A stretch of 64,000 nt of DNA, from positions 54,996,001 to 55,060,000 of the forward strand of contig CM052816.1 in NCBI GenBank assembly GCA_028534125.1. Reading direction: 5' to 3'. Positions 54,106-64,000 of this stretch are shown one piece after another. Both the position numbers and the translations under genes were made by a program. Source of the DNA: Lama glama (lineage: Eukaryota). Below the pieces are notes generated by a model that saw only the letters and a program-made list of their open reading frames with translations, had not been told where the DNA came from and made no database searches. Position 1 is the first letter of the stretch. Each line of letters begins with the position of its first letter.

Positions 54106-54151
54106 AGCCGTAGCGGGGTCTCTGCAGGGACGGCTGCTCCTCGTGAGGCAT
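54106..54151 (-). CDS. IQGAP2: IQGAP2 exon 1, coding part (MPHEEQPSLQRPRYG + 1 nt, phase 1)
   Basis: ATG at 54151-54149, 46 nt, then GCT|GTAAGT donor. The peptide matches the mammalian IQGAP2 N-terminus as recalled (MPHEELPSLQRPRYG) and joins exon 2 in frame (T+CT = Ser). Confidence 0.96.
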
Positions 54152-54372
54152 CCTGCGCGGCTCCGGGGGCCCGCCCGGGGCGCGCCCCCCGCGGCTCCCC
54201 TCGCTGGCCAGGCTCGCCGCTCCGCGCCCCGCCGGCGCGCTCGTATCCGGCCTCTCTCTGTCCTCCCCCGGCGGCCCCCGATTTGGCGCCCCGCTCGCTC
54301 CGTGCTCCCTCGTCAGCGCCCGCTGCTGCCTCCGCGCGCTGACACTCGAGCAAAAGTGAACTCTCCTCCCTC
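54152..54372 (-). other. IQGAP2: IQGAP2 5' UTR (exon 1), TSS about 54357-54372
   Basis: Minus strand begins GAGGGAGGAGAGTTCACTTTTGCTCGAGTGTCAGCGCGCGG, resembling my recollection of the human mRNA 5' end. TCACTTT is Inr-like (A at 54357). No upstream ATG. Confidence 0.7.
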
Positions 54373-57300
54373 GCTCGCTCCGGGCCGCCGCCGCCTCCCA
54401 GGCAGGTTTCCTTTCTCCTCCAACCCGGCCCCGTTATCCACCGCGGTGGGAGCGCGCGCCGCGGCGCAGCGACCTCTACCGCGCGCGGGGCGCAGCGCCC
54501 TGCCGCCTGGACCCGCCCCTGCCCGGCCCGTGGCTGCAGGAAGGCGCCGAGCGGGCCCTGGGCCGGGATCCCCTGCAGCTGGGGCTGGCGGCCACCCCGC
54601 CTAATTTTTCACTTGTGGAGCGTTTAGAGGGTGGAAGTGAACCTCCGCGGACAAGAGCAAGAAAAACCGCAGAAGACATAGGCAGCCGCAGCCGCCCAGG
54701 CTGTTGCTCAGTTACAGAAGGACAAACAGCGTGGTTCCTTTTCCTCTGGGGAGATTGCGCGCTGACTTTTTTTTTTTTTCTTTCTTTCTTTCTTTTTTCC
54801 CTTCTAACGTTGCTTCTGTGACTCCTCGTCTACAAAATACAGGGTTCCCCTTTCATGACAAGAAACTGAGAGCGTGTGTTTGCCAAAGAGACGAGATAAA
54901 CACTTCTCGTGCAACCACTCAACTGCGAGTCTTCCTCCGCTCACCTTTGGCCCGCTCCCCTCCCCCAAGTACAGAACTACCGTCCAGCCCAGCTGGGGTC
55001 GCACACCACAAAAACCTTTTCCGGCTAAGTTTTTAAGGAAATTAAACTGCATGTGGCAGTCTTAAAAGGTGGTTTGTTTTTTTTTTTTTTAATGCAGTCA
55101 CCTGGAGCTATTTTTCCCTTGGTGCCTCAGAGTGATAAGATCTGTAGGAATGTGTGACTTTTCTCTACCTGTGTCCTCATCTGCTCATCAAATGTGGAAT
55201 GTGTGGGAAACCAGATGGCTGGCCAAAATAAAATAATTGGGGTAGAGTTATGAGATTATTTCGTTGGAGAAAGGGTGATATAATGACACTAACCATTTCT
55301 AAGTCTGCAAAGATACAGAGAGAGGCCAGCTGTTTTCCATTTCATATGGGAGGTGCAGTTCTCTCACCTGCTGAAACTCAGATTCTGGCCCCCACCTCGG
55401 GTTCCAGTTACGTTGCTCTGGGCCGGGCCGAGAATGTATTAGGAACAGGCTGCCCGGTGATACTGACACTGCAGATCTGTTAGAAGGTAGGGACAAAGGA
55501 TCTCAGTTGGACTCAGGGCTCAGTTTTCTGATGGGAGGGCAAAGGGATTCTCTCCCAACCTCCTCTCCCCCCACCCCATTAGATTCTCATTTGGTTGGAT
55601 GGGATGGGGGGGGTCTTCTCCCTTAAAAAGCAAATGCCTCGTATTATAAGAGCAATTCAAAAGTGAAATGTCCACATTTCAAGGCACAGCACCCTGTCTG
55701 TCACTGTTCATCCAGACCGGGTCATGTTCAAGGGGAATTTCCTGTGTTTCGGTACATGCTGAATCGGTTATCTCAAGTTCATTTCATCTCAATGATTCCA
55801 TGAATTAAGTACTAACAGTTAAGCCCTTACTCACACATATCACTTTTCAGTATGAGTGTATGATACTTAGGACCCAGAAAAGTGGTAGTCTTTAGTATTT
55901 AGAGGTAGGAGGAAAATCAGTGTAAACAAGAATGGTCAAGGAAGGTGATAGCGTTTGAACGTATGGCTTGCGGTAGACCTTCAAAAATGGGTAACAGTTG
56001 GATAGAGAATGTCTGCTCCTGGAAGATAGGCAAGGACAAGGGACAATGGGGTGGGGCATGAAGTTGGAAGAGGGTGGAAGCCTCAAAGTTGGTATCAGAT
56101 CATGGAGGACACTGAATATCAAGCTAAGAGAACTGGCTATTATAGAAGCATTTGAGAGCTCTTAAAGGTTCGGGCGTAGGAGCTGCATGGTGCAAGGGAA
56201 TTTAGGGAAGGGAAATCTTGCAGCAGGTTATAGGATGGATTCCAGGGGGGCAGCTGGGGGGTGCTGACACCTGATGGAAGGGGCTGTGGCAGGGGTAGAA
56301 GTAGTAAGGAGAGCTTCAGTGAGGTTGACACCAGTAAGAGTGAGAAATGGGGAATTTTAATATGAACAAGTTGGCACCATCAGCATTTATATCGACATCA
56401 CAAATTGTAATAAGTAAATATCTGTTAACAGTAGGAAGTGAAGATTAGAGCCTAAATAGGCGGTCTGCAGAAGAGCAGCTCTAAGTTCACATTCCAGCTG
56501 GTCAGCTCTTCTTTGAAGGCTCTGGGGAGGTTTCAGAGCTCTGTCATGGCTAATGTTTCTATGGAGAACTTAACGCTAAGAAGAAATTATAAAAGCAAAT
56601 GTTACTTTTTTTTTTTTGCACATCCTGAAATTAATCTTTGGGATTTCAGTCTGCATTCACTGGGTATCAGTACTATCTCACAGATCACTTCTCTGCAGAA
56701 CCTCAGAAAAAAACATGTCTGCAGAATTCTGGGCTATTTTCTCTTAGGGTTTGACATTGGAGAGTGATTCAGATAAATACAAGGCAATGTGCCAGCTTAC
56801 TTTGCCATCTCACTGTGCTTGCAAAAATATTAAAACAAAAAGTAAGGCCATCTAGTGAAAAAATGTTTTTTTAATAAAGCAAGAAGAGTTTTTTTCTTTA
56901 GAATAAAAGATGACATTGGAAAACTAGTAGACTTGGTAAAACAATTTTTAAAGCAATATTATTTTAAAAATGATTGTTTTCTGAGACCCACCTCTCTCCT
57001 TCTGATTAGTTGGAAGAAGGTGTTTGGAAAAAAAATGCATCTTTGTTTTTATAACAATAACAGATTATTTTTATCAAGACCATCAAACAGGATTTTAAAA
57101 GTATGAGTAAAGATCTTGGCATGCAACTTTAACATTCCTTTCACCTTTGAAATGATTTGGTTATTGTCCAATAATATCATGTTATTGATCATTTTAACAT
57201 ATTTACCAGAAGAGTGACCCATGTGCTTTCAAAGCATCACCCAAAGAAGTGAGGCATGAAAAAATGACAGGAAAGAAATCATTCCAGCCTTTTTCAAAGT

Positions 57301-58049
57301 CCTAGGAGACTTTGGGTTGTTAAAATTCTCTAATTCATTCCCTGTTCCGGAAAAAGAGAGATTCTGAGAAGGAGCAAGAAGTACACTTAAGTGCAAAGGA
57401 GACCTCTATATCCCAAAAGGGAATTGTTACAGTCCAACGTCAGATTCAAAAAAATAAAAAAATAAAATAAGAACAGAAATAAACCTAACAGTCAGTGTTT
57501 CAGTTCTCAAAAACAAAAGTCCCGTAGTAGTGTCAGGGTAGAGAATAACTGTAGAACTGATGGTCTCTGCATTGTTTTATGGTCAAGGAAACAGAAACAG
57601 AGAAGTTGCAGGATTTCCATGGTGATAGAATAATAGAGCCATAGTGACATTCCGGGTCTCTGCCCATTGCCTTTTCTACTGTTCATGTTTTTGTTTAATA
57701 TATACATATTTTCTTTTGATGAAGTCCTTTTTCACTTCACTAAAGCCTATAGTTCTGGACAACTTTCAAACATTTTGTCAATGTTAAACCAGCAAGCCTT
57801 CTTGGCAATCTTGCCTTTTTCTCTTTGCTTTTAAAGTTCCAAAGAAATCAAAGCAGGGAGAGACTGAACTTTAATATTGGTAATCAGTCAATCAATCAAT
57901 CAATCCACACACAGTTCCATTTTCATTTTTCCTATTTCACAGTTTCTGAAAGTTAGAATTCCAGGGACTCTGAGAAGGTGATCCCCAGGGTAGCCTAAAA
58001 TGGAAATGAGGAGGAGGAAAAAGCAACATTAATTCTAGGTGGCCCCCTT

Positions 58050-58440
58050 CACTGTTTATCCTCTTTACCCTGCATTAACTTTCTCAATTGCATTGATCAT
58101 CTAACATAGCATAGAATGGATTATTTGTCTACTGTCACCTCCCACTAAAACATGAGCTTCTTGAGAGCTGGGACTTCATCTTATTTTGCACTGCTGTGTG
58201 CCCAGGACTTGCGGCAATGCCTGGAATGTAGTAGCCGCTCAATTATTTTGTTACAATCATGAATTTCCTAAATCCTGATATGTACCAGGCACCATACTAG
58301 AAATAGTTGTAACTTTCAACCTGTTAACAACTCTGTGAAGATCTGGTTATCCTTATCCAACAGTGAAGAAACAGACTCAGACTCTCATAGGTAGTACAGT
58401 AAATGGCAGCGCTGAGTTTACCTGAATCCAAGCTTTTTCC
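58050..58440. mobile_element. L2 3' end (plus) followed by a MIR fragment (minus)
   Basis: cccactaaaacatgagcttcttgagagc...aatgcctggaatgtagtagccgctcaat, then atgtaccaggcacc...gaagaaacagactcag. Confidence 0.65.
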
Positions 58441-59020
58441 CCAGCACAAAAACACATCTCCTGTTCTTCAGACTAATAAATTGAACAGCAAATTTCAACA
58501 GGCTCACCTTCTACTAAACACATGTTCCCTTTTCCCAGGTGAATGCTAAAGGAATTGCTATAAATGCCCCAAATTACCATCATCTATTTGCCATCACAGA
58601 GAACTAGGGATCTGGGGTCCCATTTGTGTCCGGGCACTACTTCTGACTGAAGTTTTACTAATACGCCTCTGCATGTCCCTGTTGGTTTTATACGTATATA
58701 ATGAGATAAGATCTGAAAGGTGCTTAGCTACATCTACTTGTAAAGTTGTCCTGAATCCATTTTTTTTTAAATTATTTGTGATTTCCCATTAACTATAACT
58801 TCAAGTGTGCTTTATCCTCATCTCAGATTGATCTATCTTTGGCAGTAGCTCTTGGTCTCAGCTTTAATTTTCTCTGCCTGACTCTTATACTCCCTTCTGG
58901 AACATTCTGTCTTCATTGGTAGATGAGAGGCAAACGAACTTCCAGCCAACCAAGGAGAGCTTAGATATTTTGAAAGAAGTTTCACTGTTTATCAGAGAAT
59001 AAAAATTAAGGCACTCATTA

Positions 59021-59489
59021 TGTTACCGACCTGGGCTCTTAGGCTCTTGTAATCAAGAGAAATTGATAAGAAGCCAGAGGAGAAATTCAGGCAAGGCTTT
59101 GTTGGGGCTCGTGCTGCAGGAGGGAGTGAGAACATGAAACAGGTGCCCTCCTGGCTCCCTGAGGAGGGCAGGCTGGTCCCTTAAATGGGGTGAGGGTCGG
59201 GGCGGATTGGTGTGTGGAGCCTAAGGGCTGGCTTGGGTGGTCTGCCCACCCCAACTGGCTTGGTGGTACTGTGTGCAGGGATCATGCACAATACCCCAGT
59301 TTTGCTCAGGGCATCTCTGAGATGGCAGCTGATTTATGGCCTTTTTGTGTCCTATTTGTAATTGCCCTGACCATGCATGCACACAGTTACATATAGTCCC
59401 ATATAGCTTCTTTGTATTCTGTTGCTCGATCAGACATTTGTCCAGGTGCAAGTACTCCAGTAAAGGGTCCCAGGTCCCAGCCTAACTCA
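59021..59489 (-). mobile_element. ERV1-like solo LTR (469 bp)
   Basis: TG...CA termini and near-TSD atta/attc. On the minus strand the order is CCAAT + GC box, ATTTAA TATA-like, AACAAA, then GGTAACA end. Subfamily not assigned. Confidence 0.75.
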
Positions 59490-60125
59490 ATTCGGCTGAC
59501 AAAAATGAAAATGTTGAACAAGCATGGGGAATTAGGAGTTCTCATACAGTGCTGGGAGGTGTCCTTTCAGCAGTCATTTCCAGGCATAAGTTGGCCATCT
59601 CTGGTTAAGATAAAGAGGTACATTTCCTGAAATCCAGCAATTCCACTTCTACTAAGATCCTTTAGAGAAGCTCCCGCATACAGGGAAGCACGTACAAAAA
59701 TGTTCACTTCAAGGAAAAATTGGAAACAACCCATCATTTAGTGGCAGAATAAATGCATTGTGATGTATAAAAATTTGATAGTGATTGATAAATACATGAT
59801 GCTATTTATGAACAATTACAAACATACAAGATAATATGACATGATAAATATAGAGACACATGCATGTGGTAGAAGAATTTAAAGAACCATGCACAGGAAG
59901 AACATATCAATCTCAGAGTAGCAACAACCTCTGAGAAACGAGGGAAGGGAATGGAAGTCGAAAAGGTAGACAAAGAATATCAAATATATCCATAACTTTT
60001 AATTTCCTTTTTAAATGTGAAGCAAATAAGGCATTTGTTGTATCCAGTTAATTTGTACGTAAGTAATTTTTTATCCTCTATTTCTCTCTCCCTGTTTGGA
60101 ATGTTTTTCAAAATATTTTTTAAAA
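59490..60125 (+). mobile_element. Decayed L1ME-like fragment
   Basis: ctcatacagtgctggg...atccagcaattccacttcta...aattggaaacaaccc. Confidence 0.6.
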
Positions 60126-60215
60126 AGAAACATACATTCTGTTAGTATAGTCAAAATGAAATGATGTCTTAGTTTGTTGGTTTACCAGTTTTTTAAGCTC
60201 AGATTCATTTGATTT

Positions 60216-60341
60216 GGTGGGGAGGGGGGAGGTAGCCAGGTTTATTGATTTATTTATTTTTAGAGTAGGTACTGGGGATTGAACTCAGGACTTTGTGCAT
60301 TCTAAGCATGTGCTCTACCACTTAAGCTATACCCTCCCCCC
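60216..60341 (-). mobile_element. tRNA-derived SINE
   Basis: aggtactggggattgaactcagg...ctctaccacttaagctataccctccccc. TSD tcatttgattt / tcatttaattt. Confidence 0.9.
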
Positions 60342-61684
60342 TCATTTAATTTTCCTGATTAAGGCAAATCTCTAAGTCTTATTGAGATAAACATTGATGG
60401 TGGCAATTTGAATATGCAAACATACACGTTTTGTAGAAAGGTGCTTCTTGTCTGGTGTTGGGGTTGTGGCTTCTACCCTAAAACTCAGCTGCCCCCTAAG
60501 GGGCCAGTGGAACCCACTTCATGACGACCAGCTTCTCCATTTAGGGCCTGGTTAGTGACTCCTGGTCTTCCTGGTAAAACTCAGTAAGGGATAGCTCTTC
60601 ACTTCATGAACAGGTGGAGAGTTGACCATAGGACTGGTCTATTGTCTAATTAGAAATTGCCACTTTCACAAAGCGCTACTTAAACATTTAGGAAGGGCTC
60701 CCTTCATTTTAAAGCCTTGTTTTTTCTTTTTATGGTAGCTAACCAGCTGCTAAAGCTCAGTTACTCAGCTTGTTAAGAGTTAACGTCACATCTGGATCTG
60801 GTCAGCCTGAGGCCAAGTGTAAAAGCCAATAGTGAACCAAGGAACACCATAGCAAGGGAGGCAGATGTCACCAATGCCTGCCTTTTGTAATACTATAAAT
60901 ACAACTGTCACCTCAAACTCAACAGGTAAAAAAATCAGAATCAACCAGTTCCACATCTCCCCTCATCTACCAAAGAATCTTTCCTCTGATCACCATACCC
61001 AGTTAATACAAACATTTCTAGTCACTTAGATTTTTGAGGTTTTGAAATCAATCTTTTTGGATTCCTCTGGGACACTCCTCAGCATCCAGTCAGCCTGGAT
61101 GGTTTTTTGTGAATCTCTCTCTTGTTTGTTAATGTTCCTTTATTTCTTCTTTGTTCTCATCATTACCACAACCACTAGGTTCAAGCTCCTACCCGGGCTT
61201 TGCCAAGGGCTAGTCCTGTGTTTTTGGTTTTTTTTGCACCCTCCTTTGAGTAGCAAATGCTACCCTATTTGCTATTTATGTTTCTATTGTTTTCCTGATA
61301 CAAAAAAAAATTGTTAGTACTTGGAGTATCCAGATTTCACCTTTACTTCCCAAACAGTAAATAAAAGAAATAACCCCAGAGGGTCCAAGATAGCAGTGTG
61401 GAAAGTTACAGCTGTTGAAAGTCTGCTCATCTTCCATGTGTTGAATTCCAAGCTAGAATTTTCTTCCTACAGAATGAGAGAAAATTGAGAGCTTTCATGG
61501 AATTGGAATTTGACCTTTGTCTCACATACAGTAGGTGTTCACTAAAGACAATCGTAGAATCTATCTGGGTCTGGGCAAGTGATGACATCAACAACCAGGG
61601 ACTGCCTACACAGACAAAGATTGTCACGTGGTCTCTACAGTTTCTAAGCCATGTCAGTAAAGCCAGCTGGCTTGTGAAGGCTTC

Positions 61685-62855
61685 TGTCTCAGCCAGCTCT
61701 GGCTGCTATAATGTAGACTGGGAGTTTAAACAACAGACATTGTTTCTCACGGTTCTGGGGGCTGGAAAATTCAAGATCAAGGTGTCAGCTGATTCAGTTC
61801 CTGATAAAATTCCTCTTCATGGTTTGGAGATGGCCATCTTCTCCTTAGGTCCTCACGTGGCCCTTCCTTGGTGCATGCATGCTGGGGAGGGGAGGAGAAG
61901 GGGGAGATGGGGAGAGGGAGAGAGAGAAAGGAAGAGAGAGCAGGGAAGAGGAAGGGGGAGGAGGAGAGAGGGAGGGCAGGAGTAATATTATATATATATG
62001 TGTATGTAAAGTATAGTAAAAGTATATATAATACACATTTTTTCTAATAGTTGTGCATTTATTTTCATGTATAACTAGCACATGAACATGGGACAGCATG
62101 GACATATGGCTTAGCACAAGAGCAAATTAGTAAGTGAGTAAAAAAAAAATATGCTGAGTTAAAGACAATATTAAGGAAATAAGAGAATAGGAAGTCCTTG
62201 TACGATAAAATTGTGGGGGTATGTAAATGCCTGGAGTCTGGGACTCCCTGCTCGAAGTTTTAGACAAGAAGCTGTGCTCTGTTCTGAAGTCCTAAAGAGG
62301 CCCTACAGAGAAACTCTCCTGGTACTCAGAGCCTGAGGCATCCTCATAGGAGCACACGGCATGAGACGCCCACAGGCAGGAAAGCACATTTTGTTCAATG
62401 TCTTCATGCCCTACACAATGTCTTACAAGTTACAATGCAACAAAAGTGATTTTCTTTAAAAGGGAGAAAGAATCTGCTAGGTGTGACCTTGGGGAGGCAG
62501 TGTCACAGTGTAGCCTCGAAGGCCACTAAAGATGCTTTCGAACCAGAATGTGAGTCACTGGCCAGAAAAAAAGGAGAGAGAGACAGACACAGACAGAGAG
62601 GAAATCTCCTGTGGCTTTCCTTTTTTTTTTTTTTTCAAGTTTATTATTATTGAAGTATAGTCAGTTTACAGTGTTGTGTCAGTTTCTGGTTCCTGGGGCT
62701 TCCTTAAGTGCTTGAATCCCATCACAAGAACCCCATCTAATCTAACCCTAATTTCCTCCTAAAGGCCTTGGCTCCAAATACTATCACACTGGGGGATTAG
62801 AGTCCAATGTATAAATCTGGGATGTGTGTTGGGGGGAAACATTCAGTCCATAGCA
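61685..62855 (-). mobile_element. MaLR solo LTR (MLT1A-like) with perfect 5-bp TSD and two internal insertions
   Basis: TG...CA termini. TSD gcttc at 61680-61684 and 62856-62860. Left arm ggctgctata...caagatcaaggtgtcagc, right arm ctccaaatactatcacactgggg...acattcagtccatagca. Confidence 0.85.
62621..62690 (-). mobile_element. Very short L1 3' tail inserted in the MLT1A LTR
   Basis: Poly-T then ttattgaagtatagtcagtttacagtgttgtgtcagtttctggt. TSD-like tcctgtggctttcc / tcctggggcttcc. Confidence 0.8.
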
Positions 62856-64000
62856 GCTTCTTTTCATCTTCCTAACATGTCTGTATTCTAAGCCTGTTGG
62901 AGTGTGACAGTTATTTTACCAACTCACAACTTCTATAGTTTAGGGGGAATTTACTGTGAACAAAGACCACTTCTGCAGAGTAAGGATGGTGTTGTTGAAG
63001 CAGGAACCTCCCGCTGATCAGCCCCAAGGTCCAGTGGGGGAGGGGAGGCCCGACAGCCACCACAGACACCCTGCTTCAGGGTCTGTCATTTTAAACCCTT
63101 AATGTTTATTGTTAGATTTCACAAAACCCTCAACCCTTCTTCCCACTCTGTGACACATTGTCTAGTAGTGTTTATTTAAATTATCTTAAAATGAATTTAA
63201 ATTGTTTTCACTTTGAGAGTGAATTCTACAATCTCTTGAAAGAATTGAAGACATTCCAGGAGATAAAATTAAACAAAATAGACAGAGTTAGGAATTTATC
63301 TTTGGCAAACTATAATGTTAACTTCAAGTGTCCTTTAAAATGTGGTGAATTAAGCTCTTCTGAATGTCTGGAGTTTATAACTTCTCAGAAAACCTGTTAA
63401 TTAATATAAACTTGTGCCTTAAAACAATGTTTTGTTGAAATTATATGAGGTGCTCTTTCAAAAAAGAAAGAAAGCATTTAGCTGGAAATGCTGTAGAGAT
63501 GATCTGTCCCATTAGGTGAAGAGTCCTTTTCTATATGTAATAAAACTTTGACCAAAATTTTGAAAACCTGGCCCCAATTCACATGCAAATCCATTTCAAG
63601 ATTACCAAAGATGTGCCCAGAATTCTAAACTTCCCACGGGCCAGAAGATCCGAGCTCATTTTGATTTTACCTCTGATTTTTACACTAAGTGATCTGTAAA
63701 CAATTTAACAAATAACACTTTTAAAGCTAAATGACTTTTTCAGTCTTCATTCTATTTTAACATTATTAGATTTTTTTCTAGCTCCTCCACTGAAGTTAGT
63801 GCTTCTCTGCAATAATGCAGATGTCAGTAGAATTCTGGTCACCCTGGATATCCACACTGTGGCAGGGTCTTAGTTTTGTAGTACTTAGCCTCAGAACTTA
63901 GGTTTGGAATTTTTCTCTCATTGACTTCCCTTGATTAAGTTGTTTAGTCCCTTAAAAAAATCCCCAGGACCTAGTGGCCACGGGCCCACAAAGGGGAGAG

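Larger units (their letters stand above)
53380..54720. promoter_or_regulatory. CpG island / TATA-less promoter of IQGAP2
   Basis: Very GC- and CpG-rich against a CpG-depleted background. Spans exon 1. GC boxes (CCGCCC) at ~54513 and in the UTR. Confidence 0.9.

Noticed and set aside
53391..54604. 171-242 aa ORFs over the CpG island
   Set aside because: Stop-codon scarcity in GC-rich DNA gives Arg/Pro/Ala/Gly low-complexity products with non-ATG starts. ORF 53948-54151 is exon 1 reading through the donor into the intron.
60768..60780. 13-mer gcttgttaagagt matching the trailer of the SINE at ~6190
   Set aside because: No SINE precedes it and the match does not extend to the TTTT run. Treated as coincidence.
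1..64000. CRISPR arrays, operons, rRNA, nested protein-coding genes or neighbouring-gene exons
   Set aside because: Mammalian intronic and intergenic DNA. I saw no repeat-spacer array or other recognisable exon, though short or non-coding exons could be missed by eye.

Overview
Mammalian genomic DNA, probably camelid, judging by seven copies of a tRNA-derived 'GGGGAGGGTATAGCTCA...' SINE and artiodactyl-type L1 3' ends. The window holds the 5' end of IQGAP2 on the minus strand: a CpG-island promoter, exon 1 (CDS 54106-54151, MPHEEQPSLQRPRYG), a ~43 kb intron 1 containing a 500-N assembly gap, exon 2 (11040-11139, SIVDDERLSAEEMDERRRQNIAYEYLCHLEEAKR) and the start of intron 2. About 9.6 kb of upstream sequence follows. 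The remainder is largely interspersed repeat (L1, L2, MIR, MaLR and ERV LTRs, MER5, MER20, Tigger, SINEs). I found no convincing new multi-gene system. The best leads are regulatory: a strong-context in-frame CUG that could extend the IQGAP2 N-terminus, a candidate poison exon in intron 1, an upstream solo LTR pointing at the gene with a degenerate poly(A) signal, and an unexplained ~600 bp insert inside a MaLR LTR. Repeat family names come from recall of consensus sequences, not a database search, and repeat boundaries are approximate unless TSDs are quoted.
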